Positions 17,497-27,124 of a stretch of 39,326 nucleotides of DNA are shown here, piece by piece. The stretch comes from a virus (Duplodnaviria > Caudoviricetes): IMG/VR virus record IMGVR_UViG_3300032302_000077, positions 1-39,326 of that record. One strand, given 5' to 3'. The notes under the pieces are model-generated. The model saw only the letters and a list, made by a program, of their open reading frames with translations, had not been told where the DNA came from and made no database searches. The position numbers and the translations under genes are program-made. Position 1 is the first letter of the stretch; each line of letters opens with the position of its first letter.

Positions 17497-20400
17497 GGCT
17501 TAACAATGAACATGGATAAGGAGATTCGTTTAAAATACTAACTTTAACATCATCTGTACGGCAGAATACAGGGAATTTAAAAGCACCATCTTCCATGTGC
17601 ATATAATCCAGATTAGTAGGCCCAACACCTAAATAATTGGGAACGAAGTTATATAGATAAGTGTAATTATAAGTATCTCTGTATTTAGGAGTAACAAGAA
17701 CTTGAAAAAACCTGCTATTGTCATACAACATAATCCCGTTCTTAAGCTGTAACCTTCCATCAGCCACAGCCGATTGGCCTTTACCAGAAGCAGAACGGAG
17801 AATAGGTCGGCCTAGCTCGTAAACAAATGGATAAGGAATACCAATTACACCAGTAACATTAGTTAAATTAGCTTTTACAAATAATTTTGTATTAGAACAA
17901 TAACTAAATGTTGCTGAGTTGGGTACTCCAGCTACTCCAGAAGTATTATAAATTGCATAATATGTGTCGTATGCTACTCCAGAGCTACTTATAAATTGAT
18001 ATGGACTTTTATTATACATTAATCCTGTTGTGCCAACATTAATAGAAGAAGCTGTTGTGTAGCTTGGAATTAAATATCCATTTAAAGTTGGGTTTGATGC
18101 CCCCCTTTGAAAATAAAATACTTGACTAGAAGAAGAGCTAAAAGTCAACCTAAAATAATAAGTTGTTTCTTCAGCACCTCCTTTCAGCTCCAAAGGAGAA
18201 GTTAAAGATATGTTAGCTCTATCAACGTGAATAGATGTTGTGCCTACTTCTAAAAAATCTGAATTATTTCTACTAAAAAATAATGTAGCTATTGCAACTG
18301 GAGGAGAAAAATTATGATATAATAAAAAATTAGAAAAACTAGTTAAATAAAAACTTTTATATTTTCCTAATGTAACTGAAAACTCTACAAATTGATTATT
18401 ACTTAAAGCTAGTGCTGGCGTAGTAGCAAAAGAACCTATTGGAGTTAAATCATATTCGTATCTATTATCATAACTATTATATCTATTTGCACTTGAAAAT
18501 CCAGAGCCAATTTTAAAAGTATTAATTGTTAAGTCTGAGGTAGGAAGAAAAGAATAATTAGTTGATGCTTGTGTAAACCCAGTAGTTAATGAAAAAGGGG
18601 CATTATAAGAAGTAGTTGCGGTATTAAAATTTATTTCAGTTTGAGTGCGTGGTATTAAAGTTCTGTTATTCAACGTAATAAGAGAAAAAGTTCCATCTGC
18701 ATTACTTAGTGTAGAATTAAAAGTAAAATTAGAAGATTTATAATCTAATAGAGCTTGAATATTAGGACTACCAATAGCGTCTTTTTTGGTTGTGTCTAAA
18801 TCAAGATACACCATAGATAACTTTGTGTCTGTAGTTCCAGCACTTTCAATAATAAAGTAAATTTTATCTCTTTTTATATAAGCAATTTTAACATTGTTAT
18901 TAACACCAAATGACCATTTTGACCAAGCCGATTGAACTTTTTCATCTCCAGAATAAAAAAACTTATACACTCCAATTTCGTGCTGTTTAGTATCTCCCAA
19001 ACAAAGCAATAAAGAAGATATGTCAGAACCAGCAAATTTATTTATTCCACCATTAAGATAACTAGGAACATTGGCACTAATGTCATTACCATCCAATAGA
19101 ATTGTATTTGGATTAATAAAATACTCTTGAACTCCAGAATAATCTGTTTTTCTAAAAGAAAAGTAAATTTTATTTCCTATTGCTATCGGGTCAGTTTCAA
19201 TGTCTACATTAAAAGATGTACTTTGTTGTAAAGATACTGATTTAGAGGTCATCTCACCATCCGATTGCAAAGAAAATTGAATACCATCTGCAAATAACAC
19301 AACTCGGTCATAAAAAGGAATAGCATGATATAAAGTACCAATTTCAGTAGTAGAAGAAGTAATATCAATCGGGTCTGAGGCAAGAACTTGTGAAGTAGTT
19401 GCTTTAAAGAAATTAAAAAACTCTCCTGCTTCACTCATTATTACTGACTCTCCTGCCAAAAATCCTAACCTATTTTTAAAGAAGAATAGGTTATTTATAC
19501 CTTTTCCAATAAAACTAGGGTTTGGATTAGATTCTAAATCTCCAGAGTCTCTGTTTCCCCAAGCAGGTGCGGTGTAAGATTTAGTACCACTACTGCCTCC
19601 ACCAAGTGTGTAAGTTGCTGTAGTTCCATTTAAAGGAGTAAATAAAAAATTATTAGCATCTAACTTAACAATAGCATGAGGCATACTAGAAGAGTCTAAT
19701 TTATAAGTGATGCCAGGCCCACCAGTTTCTGACCAAGTTCCTTCGTTTACGGCAAATATACCTACAGGAGTAGAAGAAGAGCCTCCATCTAAAAATGCTC
19801 CTGTGTAGTTACTAGTGTGTTTTACATAATATTCATCTCCAGTCGAATCTGGAATACCAGTAATTTTAGCTATAAATCCGTGTGGAGCAATAATAGGAAG
19901 ATCAGTAAAATTTTGTACATTATCTTTTACGCTGTAAAAAATAGTTCCAGCATATCCGTCATCAACAATTATTTTAAAATCTAATGCTGAATTTTGAATA
20001 TAAACATTAGAACCAAAAGAAGCAATTCTTCCGTTTGTTTTCCACGCTGTAGTAGCAGAAGCATTAAGTTTCGTTGCAATATCTGTAGCAATAACAGAAG
20101 GAGTACCTCCTAAAGAAGCACTATCTGGGTTCCAATCAGTACTAGTTCCAGAAGCAGAAATATATGGAGTATTATTAGTTCCAATAACTTGAACAGACCA
20201 GCTTATTTGTCCACTTGGTCTTTGCCTATTATTACCAGTATATCCAGTTTTAACTACTACCATACCTTGATTTACTTGAATACCTCCTACTCCAGCAGTT
20301 GCTTTGGAAGATATGTCAGAAGATAACGATGTTATTTTTGCACTATTTACTAAAAATGTATAATCAGCTATTGAAAGGCTTTTAATATTCTGTCCTAGAG

Positions 20401-20854
20401 TCTCTGTAGTAATACCACTTAAATAAGAATTTACTGCTGTTTGATTATTACCATAATAGAGAACATTCTTTTCGTTACCATCAAGATCAAAAATCTTAAT
20501 AGTTTTATCATTAGTAGTAGGATTGTTAAATACTATTCCAAAATAATCAGTAAATTCTCCAGAAGAAATTGTAAAATATTTTATTGGAGTAAGTTTTGGA
20601 TATACAGCATTACCATTAGCTCCATAAGGATAAGTAGCTGTTCCAGAAGGTTGATTAAAAGAAATTTCTTTAAGTAGAGATGTAGATGGACGTTTAATTA
20701 AACCATCTACAACGCTTGAAACACCATTAATTTGTTCATAAGCTTGTGTAGTAAGCTTAAAAGAATCAGCTTGTTGAGATACCCCAGAAATAAGATTAGG
20801 TACACTTGTCCTAATAAGGTTTTGTGAAGCCCCCTTAACATCTGCTATTGCCAT
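17450..20854 (-). CDS. Tail tubular protein B (gp12 nozzle), enlarged
   Basis: NLISGVSQQ, GLIKRP, FFKNRLGFL, QSAWSKW, GRLQL, EWEALY motifs; 1134 aa. Confidence 0.92.
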   Translation of the reverse strand: MAIADVKGASQNLIRTSVPNLISGVSQQADSFKLTTQAYEQINGVSSVVDGLIKRPSTSLLKEISFNQPSGTATYPYGANGNAVYPKLTPIKYFTISSGEFTDYFGIVFNNPTTNDKTIKIFDLDGNEKNVLYYGNNQTAVNSYLSGITTETLGQNIKSLSIADYTFLVNSAKITSLSSDISSKATAGVGGIQVNQGMVVVKTGYTGNNRQRPSGQISWSVQVIGTNNTPYISASGTSTDWNPDSASLGGTPSVIATDIATKLNASATTAWKTNGRIASFGSNVYIQNSALDFKIIVDDGYAGTIFYSVKDNVQNFTDLPIIAPHGFIAKITGIPDSTGDEYYVKHTSNYTGAFLDGGSSSTPVGIFAVNEGTWSETGGPGITYKLDSSSMPHAIVKLDANNFLFTPLNGTTATYTLGGGSSGTKSYTAPAWGNRDSGDLESNPNPSFIGKGINNLFFFKNRLGFLAGESVIMSEAGEFFNFFKATTSQVLASDPIDITSSTTEIGTLYHAIPFYDRVVLFADGIQFSLQSDGEMTSKSVSLQQSTSFNVDIETDPIAIGNKIYFSFRKTDYSGVQEYFINPNTILLDGNDISANVPSYLNGGINKFAGSDISSLLLCLGDTKQHEIGVYKFFYSGDEKVQSAWSKWSFGVNNNVKIAYIKRDKIYFIIESAGTTDTKLSMVYLDLDTTKKDAIGSPNIQALLDYKSSNFTFNSTLSNADGTFSLITLNNRTLIPRTQTEINFNTATTSYNAPFSLTTGFTQASTNYSFLPTSDLTINTFKIGSGFSSANRYNSYDNRYEYDLTPIGSFATTPALALSNNQFVEFSVTLGKYKSFYLTSFSNFLLYHNFSPPVAIATLFFSRNNSDFLEVGTTSIHVDRANISLTSPLELKGGAEETTYYFRLTFSSSSSQVFYFQRGASNPTLNGYLIPSYTTASSINVGTTGLMYNKSPYQFISSSGVAYDTYYAIYNTSGVAGVPNSATFSYCSNTKLFVKANLTNVTGVIGIPYPFVYELGRPILRSASGKGQSAVADGRLQLKNGIMLYDNSRFFQVLVTPKYRDTYNYTYLYNFVPNYLGVGPTNLDYMHMEDGAFKFPVFCRTDDVKVSILNESPYPCSLLSLEWEALYSARSKRIG

Positions 20855-20857
20855 AAA

Positions 20858-21451
20858 TTAAACTATAGAACGCCTGTAGGCGGTTACTTTAGATACATCG
20901 TACTGATCAAAAATGTTGTGGTTTGCTGTTTCATCTTCTGAATCTTGTAAAGCCATGAGAGCCGTTGTTTCTTCTTCAGCACTAAAAGCAGACCCTGTTG
21001 AGTCTCCAATCATTCTCTGTTGGAATAATCTAGCAGACCTAACAACAATATAGTATCTAGCTTGTTCTGGAAGGTCTGTAAAAGGTAATAAATAAACAAT
21101 TTGAGCTTTAATGGCTGAACTAAACTGAAATGTTTTGTTTTGTTTATCATAAAGACGTGTACCACGCTGTACAACATCAATATCAGTATATGTTCGTTTA
21201 TCAATGCTGATGCGTACAACATTGTTTGCTAAGGTAATTTCTTTAGTACTTCCATTAGGAGTAAGAACTACATCTGTTTCCGTATTCCAATTCCACCCCT
21301 TGATCTGGGTTGCACGATCTACTTCTTGAAGGATAAGCTGGGCAATACGGGTATCGGCGGTAGAAGCACTAATGCTATTGACAGGAGACTCACCGATGGT
21401 GGTCAGCATTGTGTTGATTGCGTCTAATTCGGTGGAGGCAATTACTGGCAT
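20858..21451 (-). CDS. Tail tubular protein A (gp11)
   Basis: TELDAINTMLTTIGESPV, GWNWNTE, LPEQARYYI motifs. Confidence 0.93.
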   Translation of the reverse strand: MPVIASTELDAINTMLTTIGESPVNSISASTADTRIAQLILQEVDRATQIKGWNWNTETDVVLTPNGSTKEITLANNVVRISIDKRTYTDIDVVQRGTRLYDKQNKTFQFSSAIKAQIVYLLPFTDLPEQARYYIVVRSARLFQQRMIGDSTGSAFSAEEETTALMALQDSEDETANHNIFDQYDVSKVTAYRRSIV

Positions 21452-21466
21452 AGGTATAAGTTATAC

Positions 21467-21570
21467 AAAAAAGAGACCGCCAGCCAAGCTTAAATTCACT
21501 TCACTCGCCAAAGGGAAACACAATAACCTTTGGTTTGCCGAGGATGTGACAAGCTTGACTGACGGCCCCT
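21467..21570 (-). terminator. Extended hairpin with U tract after the capsid gene (T-phi position); possible structured ncRNA
   Basis: 20-bp outer stem (21551-21570 with 21472-21491, 4 G-U pairs), inner stems, 12-nt loop, U tract. Confidence 0.75.
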
Positions 21571-21584
21571 AGAGTACCTAATTA

Positions 21585-22607
21585 TTAGGCAGACTTGACT
21601 TCGTAAGACGCTTCGGGACGGAGAACTCCGTGTCCAACTGCGTACTTAGCAACCATCAAGGTTGCCTGTCGCTCAATCTGGTATTCGCTCTCAACGCCAA
21701 CGTCTAGGAGCTTAACGCAACCAGTCGAGGCAGGATGGAACACAATCGCTTGCGTGTTCGCATAGTTGAGACGGCGTGAACCACCAGAGGCTTGCTCTGG
21801 AATTGTGGTATCACTCGACAAGTCCGTAGAAGGAATGTTGTTGCTTTTCACGATGGTTGCACCACCGATCATAGCGACTTTTCCGTTCTCGAACACGCCA
21901 GAATTGCTAGTATAAGGAGCCTTGAAATCGCCCTTTGTCAGAGCATCAATCAAGAGCCAATACTGGGCAGGACGAACAGCGATGTATCGGCTATCCGAAG
22001 GCACATCACGCTCGTCAAGCTTACGCAATCCAGCCAGAACAGCACCAGCAAGAACAGAACCATCTGTTCCAGAGTTAGCTGTTACAACTGAATGGTTACC
22101 AGCAGTCCAAGTATCGGAGGTTGCAGAATCTCCGTCTGGGCCGTTGGTTCCGAAGCTGTTAGCTTGTCTCGAAGCAGAAATGATCGTTTGTGCAACTGCC
22201 TTATCAAAGGCTTTTGCCAATGCACGACCAATTTCAGTTGAGTAGATAGAACGCACATCAAAGTGGTTCATCGCTTCGTCAATGTTTGCCAGCAACACAG
22301 AGGAGGTCAGCAATCCTTCGATTGTGATAACCTTCTCAACGTGAGCCACATTGTTGAGGTAGTTCGTACCTTCGATGACTGAGTCACCAGGGGTATGATA
22401 TTTGGTCACAGCCGTTCCGACCACGGGGAACTGGGCAGATTTGCCATTCTCAATGGTGCGGGTCGTTGTGAGGTCTTTAAACATCGCTTCAGTCTCAAAA
22501 GTCGTCAGCACTTCGCCAGCGAACTTCTTAAGAAAAAGCTCCGTTTTATCGCTTCCTGCTGGTAGATTAGAACCAGGGCGAGCGAGAGTATTAGTAGCTA
22601 GAGCCAT
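21585..22607 (-). CDS. Major capsid protein (gp10)
   Basis: LFLKKFAGEVLTTF, GKSAQFP, DEAMNHFDVRS.YS.EIG.ALA, GHGVLRPE motifs. Confidence 0.97.
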   Translation of the reverse strand: MALATNTLARPGSNLPAGSDKTELFLKKFAGEVLTTFETEAMFKDLTTTRTIENGKSAQFPVVGTAVTKYHTPGDSVIEGTNYLNNVAHVEKVITIEGLLTSSVLLANIDEAMNHFDVRSIYSTEIGRALAKAFDKAVAQTIISASRQANSFGTNGPDGDSATSDTWTAGNHSVVTANSGTDGSVLAGAVLAGLRKLDERDVPSDSRYIAVRPAQYWLLIDALTKGDFKAPYTSNSGVFENGKVAMIGGATIVKSNNIPSTDLSSDTTIPEQASGGSRRLNYANTQAIVFHPASTGCVKLLDVGVESEYQIERQATLMVAKYAVGHGVLRPEASYEVKSA

Positions 22608-22633
22608 ATTAGTAGCCCTTTCTTTGTTGATGT

Positions 22634-22748
22634 CGAAGCCCGATTAAATCACACGATTCAAAACGAACTCCAACAATTCTTGGTTGTTCGCTCTGGTATA
22701 TCAATCTGTTGCACCAGCGATTGTCCTCCGCAGAGGGTCGGGGCTTCG
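22634..22748 (-). ncRNA. Putative multi-branch structured RNA in the capsid leader
   Basis: Closing stem CGAAGCCCCGA/UCGGGCUUCG enclosing four hairpins. Confidence 0.55.
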
Positions 22749-22773
22749 GAAAGCTTTTCCAAAACTTGAGTGT

Positions 22774-23058
22774 TTATTTACTAGACTGCGGAGCTTTGTC
22801 AAGCCCTTCTTTAGCATCTACTCCTACAGAACCTGTATACCATCCTTCTGGAATCTTTATCTTGTTCTGACTTAATGCCCAATGCTCACCATCCCAAACA
22901 TAAACTTGTCCAGTTACATTAGGCCCAATACGGACAAACCCACCAGACTCATCTACGAATACTACCTTTTTTGAGTCGGTTAAACTCGCACACCCTGTCG
23001 TTAAAAGCCCTGCGAATATAAAGAGGCGGGGGAGAGCCATCAGAAGCCTTAACTTCAC
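22774..23058 (-). CDS. Lipoprotein, o-spanin (Rz1)-like
   Basis: Signal peptide with lipobox-like LTTG-C; overlaps the upstream ORF in another frame. Confidence 0.6.
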   Translation of the reverse strand: MKLRLLMALPRLFIFAGLLTTGCASLTDSKKVVFVDESGGFVRIGPNVTGQVYVWDGEHWALSQNKIKIPEGWYTGSVGVDAKEGLDKAPQSSK

Positions 23059-23134
23059 GAACAGCCCTCCCCGCCAACGTGGATACCCAAGCTTGCACTA
23101 GGTAGGCAAGAGCTTGAAATATCGCCAACCACAC
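22949..23134 (-). CDS. Small membrane protein, i-spanin (Rz)-like (GTG start at 23134)
   Basis: MWLAIFQALAYLVQAWVSTL hydrophobic N-terminus; 110-nt out-of-frame overlap with the lipoprotein gene. Confidence 0.45.
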   Translation of the reverse strand: MWLAIFQALAYLVQAWVSTLAGRAVREVKASDGSPPPLYIRRAFNDRVCEFNRLKKGSIRR

Positions 23135-23139
23135 TATTG

Positions 23140-23334
23140 TTACTCTTTGTTCTTGAGAGACAACCTTGCCCCAGTATAGCCAAGTGCAACAAGGGCAGTA
23201 GTGGCTACCCCTAGAATCTGTTGCCAAGCTCCTTCTGCGGGAATGAGACCGCTGGCTGATACAGCACCAATAATCATGGCGACTACGGACAACCAGAACT
23301 CTGTAGTTTTATAACCTGCTTTTTTATTTTCCAT
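23140..23334 (-). CDS. Holin-like two-TM protein
   Basis: 64 aa, GYKTTEFWL then two hydrophobic helices, charged tail; AAGGAG SD. Confidence 0.65.
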   Translation of the reverse strand: MENKKAGYKTTEFWLSVVAMIIGAVSASGLIPAEGAWQQILGVATTALVALGYTGARLSLKNKE

Positions 23335-23345
23335 ATATATCTCCT

Positions 23346-24104
23346 TTAGTTGAATACATTAGACCTGCCAAGTTTTTCTTCAACATCCTTTCGGTATGCC
23401 TTATCAGATTTATACTTGGGGTTTTTCATGGCTTCAACAACTTCTGCTGTGCTTCTAAATACATCAGTTGGGCCAGAAATCCTAGTATCTCCAGCTAGGA
23501 GTCTCGGTTCCCGCCCACCAATACCGCTTTTAAATCGAGCATACATACCTTTAACAGCAAAAGAGGCTTGCTCTTTATTACCGCTAGATACGGCTTGATT
23601 ATAGATATTCAAGTCATCTTCAGACAAATTCTCACTTGCCCATTCACTCATGGCTTTAAATTCAGATTCACCGCCAACATCAGCAATAATAGCATTAGAC
23701 TCAGCTTGCTGGGTTGCTTCAAAGCCTTTCATATACTGATCGACATACTCTTTAGGTATACCTTTAGAGGACAATTCAGTATAAGTCTCATCAGAGAGCT
23801 TCCCGTTAGAAAAGTACTCTTCGCTGTACTTTTGGAAGCCAGTTACAGGCTGTTGAGTTCCATCTTGAGGCTGTTCTGTCTTGGTTGCATCTTGTTTAGG
23901 CTGGCTGAATCGTTTCTCTAATTCAGAGTAGGATTTAGCCATTTCTTCTGGAGATTTAAACTTCTCTGGAAGCCAAGTAGGACGAACCTCTTGAGTGGTT
24001 GTTTGGTTATCCTGCTGAATCAAACCGCCACCTCTAGGGTCAGCAATAGGCTGATTAGGTGCGTCAGCAGGTACTTGAGTTACGGGTGTGCTAACTGCTT
24101 GCAT
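23346..24104 (-). CDS. Capsid scaffolding protein (gp9)
   Basis: RPTWLPEKFKSPEEMAKSYSELEK, WASENL, AMKNPKY..DKAYRKDVE motifs. Confidence 0.92.
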   Translation of the reverse strand: MQAVSTPVTQVPADAPNQPIADPRGGGLIQQDNQTTTQEVRPTWLPEKFKSPEEMAKSYSELEKRFSQPKQDATKTEQPQDGTQQPVTGFQKYSEEYFSNGKLSDETYTELSSKGIPKEYVDQYMKGFEATQQAESNAIIADVGGESEFKAMSEWASENLSEDDLNIYNQAVSSGNKEQASFAVKGMYARFKSGIGGREPRLLAGDTRISGPTDVFRSTAEVVEAMKNPKYKSDKAYRKDVEEKLGRSNVFN

Positions 24105-24131
24105 TGTGTGTTTACTCCTTTGTTGTGTTGT

Positions 24132-25718
24132 TTACTGACTAGGTTGGGGCTGTTGCTGATACTGGCTAAAAGCTTGGGCTAGTCCAGCTTTAAATTCTGG
24201 GCTGGAGTTAGCAATCTGACCAGCAGTTGAAATAGCTTGAGGGCCAAGAGCTTCCGTCATACGAGCCATCATTTCATTCTGGTTCGCTCCTTGAGCTTCT
24301 TGAGCTACTGCTTGTTGATCTTTAATCAACCCTTCAGTATCAATACCAAGGCTTGTAGCCCTTCTGGTAAGGTAGTTGTCCATGTTAATGAACTGAGCCA
24401 GCCCTTGTTGGCCTAGAATTGAAGCGATGCCCTGCACAAACAGGTCTAGCTTATTCAAGTCACTAGCTCTGCCTAAAGCGTCAACACCAGTAGTTACTAC
24501 TGGCCTAATAATCTTATTGTCGATTTTAGGAAGCCTGTTCTGTCGTTGCATCCTATCCATAATCCGTGAAACCAAGGGTAGCTGAAACTCTTGAGAAAGG
24601 ACGCTGTAAGCACCGCCAAGGGCTGTTTCAATCTCATTGGAAAGGTAACGAATTTCTTCAGCAGTTACTCGTTCTGCATTACGGACAGCAGAAGCATTAA
24701 GTAGGAAGGCATATCCAAGACGCAGAGTAATAGCTTCCATTACGCTTTGAGCTATACGAAGGTCTGCTTGTTTTTCTACTTGTAAACAAGATACGTCATT
24801 CCTGTCGCCCGTGATAATTGCTCCATTACGAGCCTCGGCCAGCATCTTCTTATTAGTTACTCCATTAGGACGCACCAAAAATACTACTTTAGCTGAAGCA
24901 GAAGAAGCCTCTACAACCGATTGGGTAAGGGCTTCAAGCGACCTTAAATCGCCCAAGTACTCCTCTACAAAGCCTCGGCCATAATCTTCACCATCGACCC
25001 GTATAAACCGCAAAGGAATCCAAGGTAGCTTGTCTAAGTCGTATTCCCCTTCAGACCCTGGAATAATTGCATCTTTAATTGTTTGATACACATACCACTT
25101 GTCATTTTTGCGGTGAATACAGGTAAACAACTCAATGTTTGGCTCGTTGGAGTCGCTTTTAGTAACAATGCTCCTTGCTTCTTCTGGTAGAGCCGTAACA
25201 GACAGCTTCTCACGGGTAACAATGTCCAAAACATTACCGAATGAATCACGCTTAACCACATAGTTCTCTAGTCTGAACACACGCAACCCGCCAGAAGCAG
25301 GAAGATACAGCAAGCAGTTACCGCCGACTAAAAGATGCCTTAAAGCTTCAAAGGTAGCCACACGGACAGCAGAGGTTTCAATGTCAGTCATAATGGCTTT
25401 CTCAACGCCAGCCAAAGCTTTCTCCATTTCTGCTTTAAGAGTCTGGTCGCCTTGGAGCTTTTTAAACTTAAATTCATCAATAGAGAATTTAAAGAAGGGC
25501 TGGTTAGGAGGGAGCAAGGCTAAAAGAAGCTTACTAGCCAAGTTGTTGACTCCTCTAGCTCCAATGCCTTGAAACGGGGTGCTGTACTCTGTAGAAGAGC
25601 CGTGACCAGAAGGGGGTACTAAAGTAGGAATAGTCAACTCAGAGCAATCTCTAGCACGAGATAGGTAACTACTACGGGCTAACTCCAATTCAGAATATAA
25701 AGATTTTCCTGTTTTCAT
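24132..25718 (-). CDS. Portal / head-tail connector (gp8)
   Basis: QGIGARGVNNLASKLLLALLP, GEDYGRGFVEEY.GDL, ERVTAEEIR motifs. Confidence 0.97.
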   Translation of the reverse strand: MKTGKSLYSELELARSSYLSRARDCSELTIPTLVPPSGHGSSTEYSTPFQGIGARGVNNLASKLLLALLPPNQPFFKFSIDEFKFKKLQGDQTLKAEMEKALAGVEKAIMTDIETSAVRVATFEALRHLLVGGNCLLYLPASGGLRVFRLENYVVKRDSFGNVLDIVTREKLSVTALPEEARSIVTKSDSNEPNIELFTCIHRKNDKWYVYQTIKDAIIPGSEGEYDLDKLPWIPLRFIRVDGEDYGRGFVEEYLGDLRSLEALTQSVVEASSASAKVVFLVRPNGVTNKKMLAEARNGAIITGDRNDVSCLQVEKQADLRIAQSVMEAITLRLGYAFLLNASAVRNAERVTAEEIRYLSNEIETALGGAYSVLSQEFQLPLVSRIMDRMQRQNRLPKIDNKIIRPVVTTGVDALGRASDLNKLDLFVQGIASILGQQGLAQFINMDNYLTRRATSLGIDTEGLIKDQQAVAQEAQGANQNEMMARMTEALGPQAISTAGQIANSSPEFKAGLAQAFSQYQQQPQPSQ

Positions 25719-27121
25719 GAGTAAATAGCGTATTTAGTATTCAAATAGGTTTGGACAGCTTGCCTTTCTAGGGTTGTTAGTACTCGGTTGTAAACTACTA
25801 TTTCAGCAACTTTACCATTTAAATATTGATCTCCGTTTTGATATTGTACACCAATAAGAAGATGACCATTTCCGTCCTCATCAGAATTATTTATTTCATT
25901 ACTATAAACATTTGTGTTGTTGGAGTGCATTAACTGACCATTAATATAGGCTCTCCAATCATTTGAAGTACTTACAACGGAATATAAACTCCAAGCATTT
26001 GTAATAGTTACTGGTGAAGTAAGTGGGCCTTTTCTAGTAGTTGTAGCAAAAGAATCATAAACAGAGCAGTTTGGGCCATAAGGATAATGACTTCCATCTC
26101 CAGCAGTACCAAAATTTCCAAAAATAGCTCCGTTTCCGTTAGAATTGGAACACACATCATCGACAAAAACTACTGCAAAAGCAGTTGTTCCTACAGAACC
26201 CATAATTTGTGGATTTTCTATAGATGAAAAACTTCTAGCATAGAAAGCTGTTTCATCGCCAGAATAATCTGTGTTTGATAACCTAATTGTAGGTTTAGAG
26301 TTTAAATCTAAAGAATTTAAAATAGGATTTCCTACTCCATAAAAAGTGTTACCTAAAGGACTTTGATCTAACCAAGATGTTACATTTGTAGTATTCACGT
26401 TTGTTGTTGTAACAACCCCTGTTGGTACTCCTCCTGTTGGATATAAAGTTCCAGTTCCTACTGGGCTTCCTGTACCTTCTTGAATAGTCCAAGACCCAAT
26501 GCCCCAACCAGTCGATTTATCGGCTGAAACAAAAAAATCTGGTGCTAAAATAAAAGCCGAAGCAAGACCCTGTGGATAAATTTCAACACCAATACTTGTT
26601 TCAACCTCACTTGAACCAGCTATTGATTTATAACTAAAAAAGCTACCATTTTCAGATTCCCATTCAAACTGATTATAAGTTCCGTTTGATTGTGCTGATG
26701 TTCCTGTTAAACCAGAAAGTGTAATTGAAACAGGTTTTTTTTGATACGCAGACCAAGTTATTCCATCGCTAGATGTAAATGAATAAAATCTAGGGTTATT
26801 GCTATTATTTGGTATATCATTTGAATTATATAATCTGTATCTTGGATTAGAATTTGGCCTTACCTCAATTTTATTATTATTTGGCCCATTCATTATATAA
26901 GAAGTAGTTCCGTTTCCTGGGCTTGATGTTGTATAAGAGCCGTTAATTGATGATTCACCAGCCAAACTTAAAGTTATGTTTGATTTATATGAATAAGATT
27001 GAGTTATAACTCCAGCATCAGCTTTGAGCCATAAAGACAAACCAGAAGTAGGCATAGCTGTAGACGAAGAACCGCTTACATAATTAGACCCTAATCCTAA
27101 ACTTAAACTTAAACTAGGCAT
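25715..27121 (-). CDS. Concanavalin A/LamG-like domain protein, probable virion decoration or fibre
   Basis: LSLWLKADAGV, WLDQS, YINGQ, NGKVAEIVVYNRVLT..ERQAV.TYLNTKY motifs. Confidence 0.75.
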   Translation of the reverse strand: MPSLSLSLGLGSNYVSGSSSTAMPTSGLSLWLKADAGVITQSYSYKSNITLSLAGESSINGSYTTSSPGNGTTSYIMNGPNNNKIEVRPNSNPRYRLYNSNDIPNNSNNPRFYSFTSSDGITWSAYQKKPVSITLSGLTGTSAQSNGTYNQFEWESENGSFFSYKSIAGSSEVETSIGVEIYPQGLASAFILAPDFFVSADKSTGWGIGSWTIQEGTGSPVGTGTLYPTGGVPTGVVTTTNVNTTNVTSWLDQSPLGNTFYGVGNPILNSLDLNSKPTIRLSNTDYSGDETAFYARSFSSIENPQIMGSVGTTAFAVVFVDDVCSNSNGNGAIFGNFGTAGDGSHYPYGPNCSVYDSFATTTRKGPLTSPVTITNAWSLYSVVSTSNDWRAYINGQLMHSNNTNVYSNEINNSDEDGNGHLLIGVQYQNGDQYLNGKVAEIVVYNRVLTTLERQAVQTYLNTKYAIYS

Positions 27122-27124
27122 AAA

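Noticed and set aside
21454-21466. Palindrome GTATAA-G-TTATAC just before the gp11 start
   Set aside because: Single AT-rich occurrence with no second copy found; insufficient to call an operator
21451-21600. T7 10B-like frameshift extension of the capsid protein
   Set aside because: Tandem stop codons followed by the hairpin; no extended frame seen
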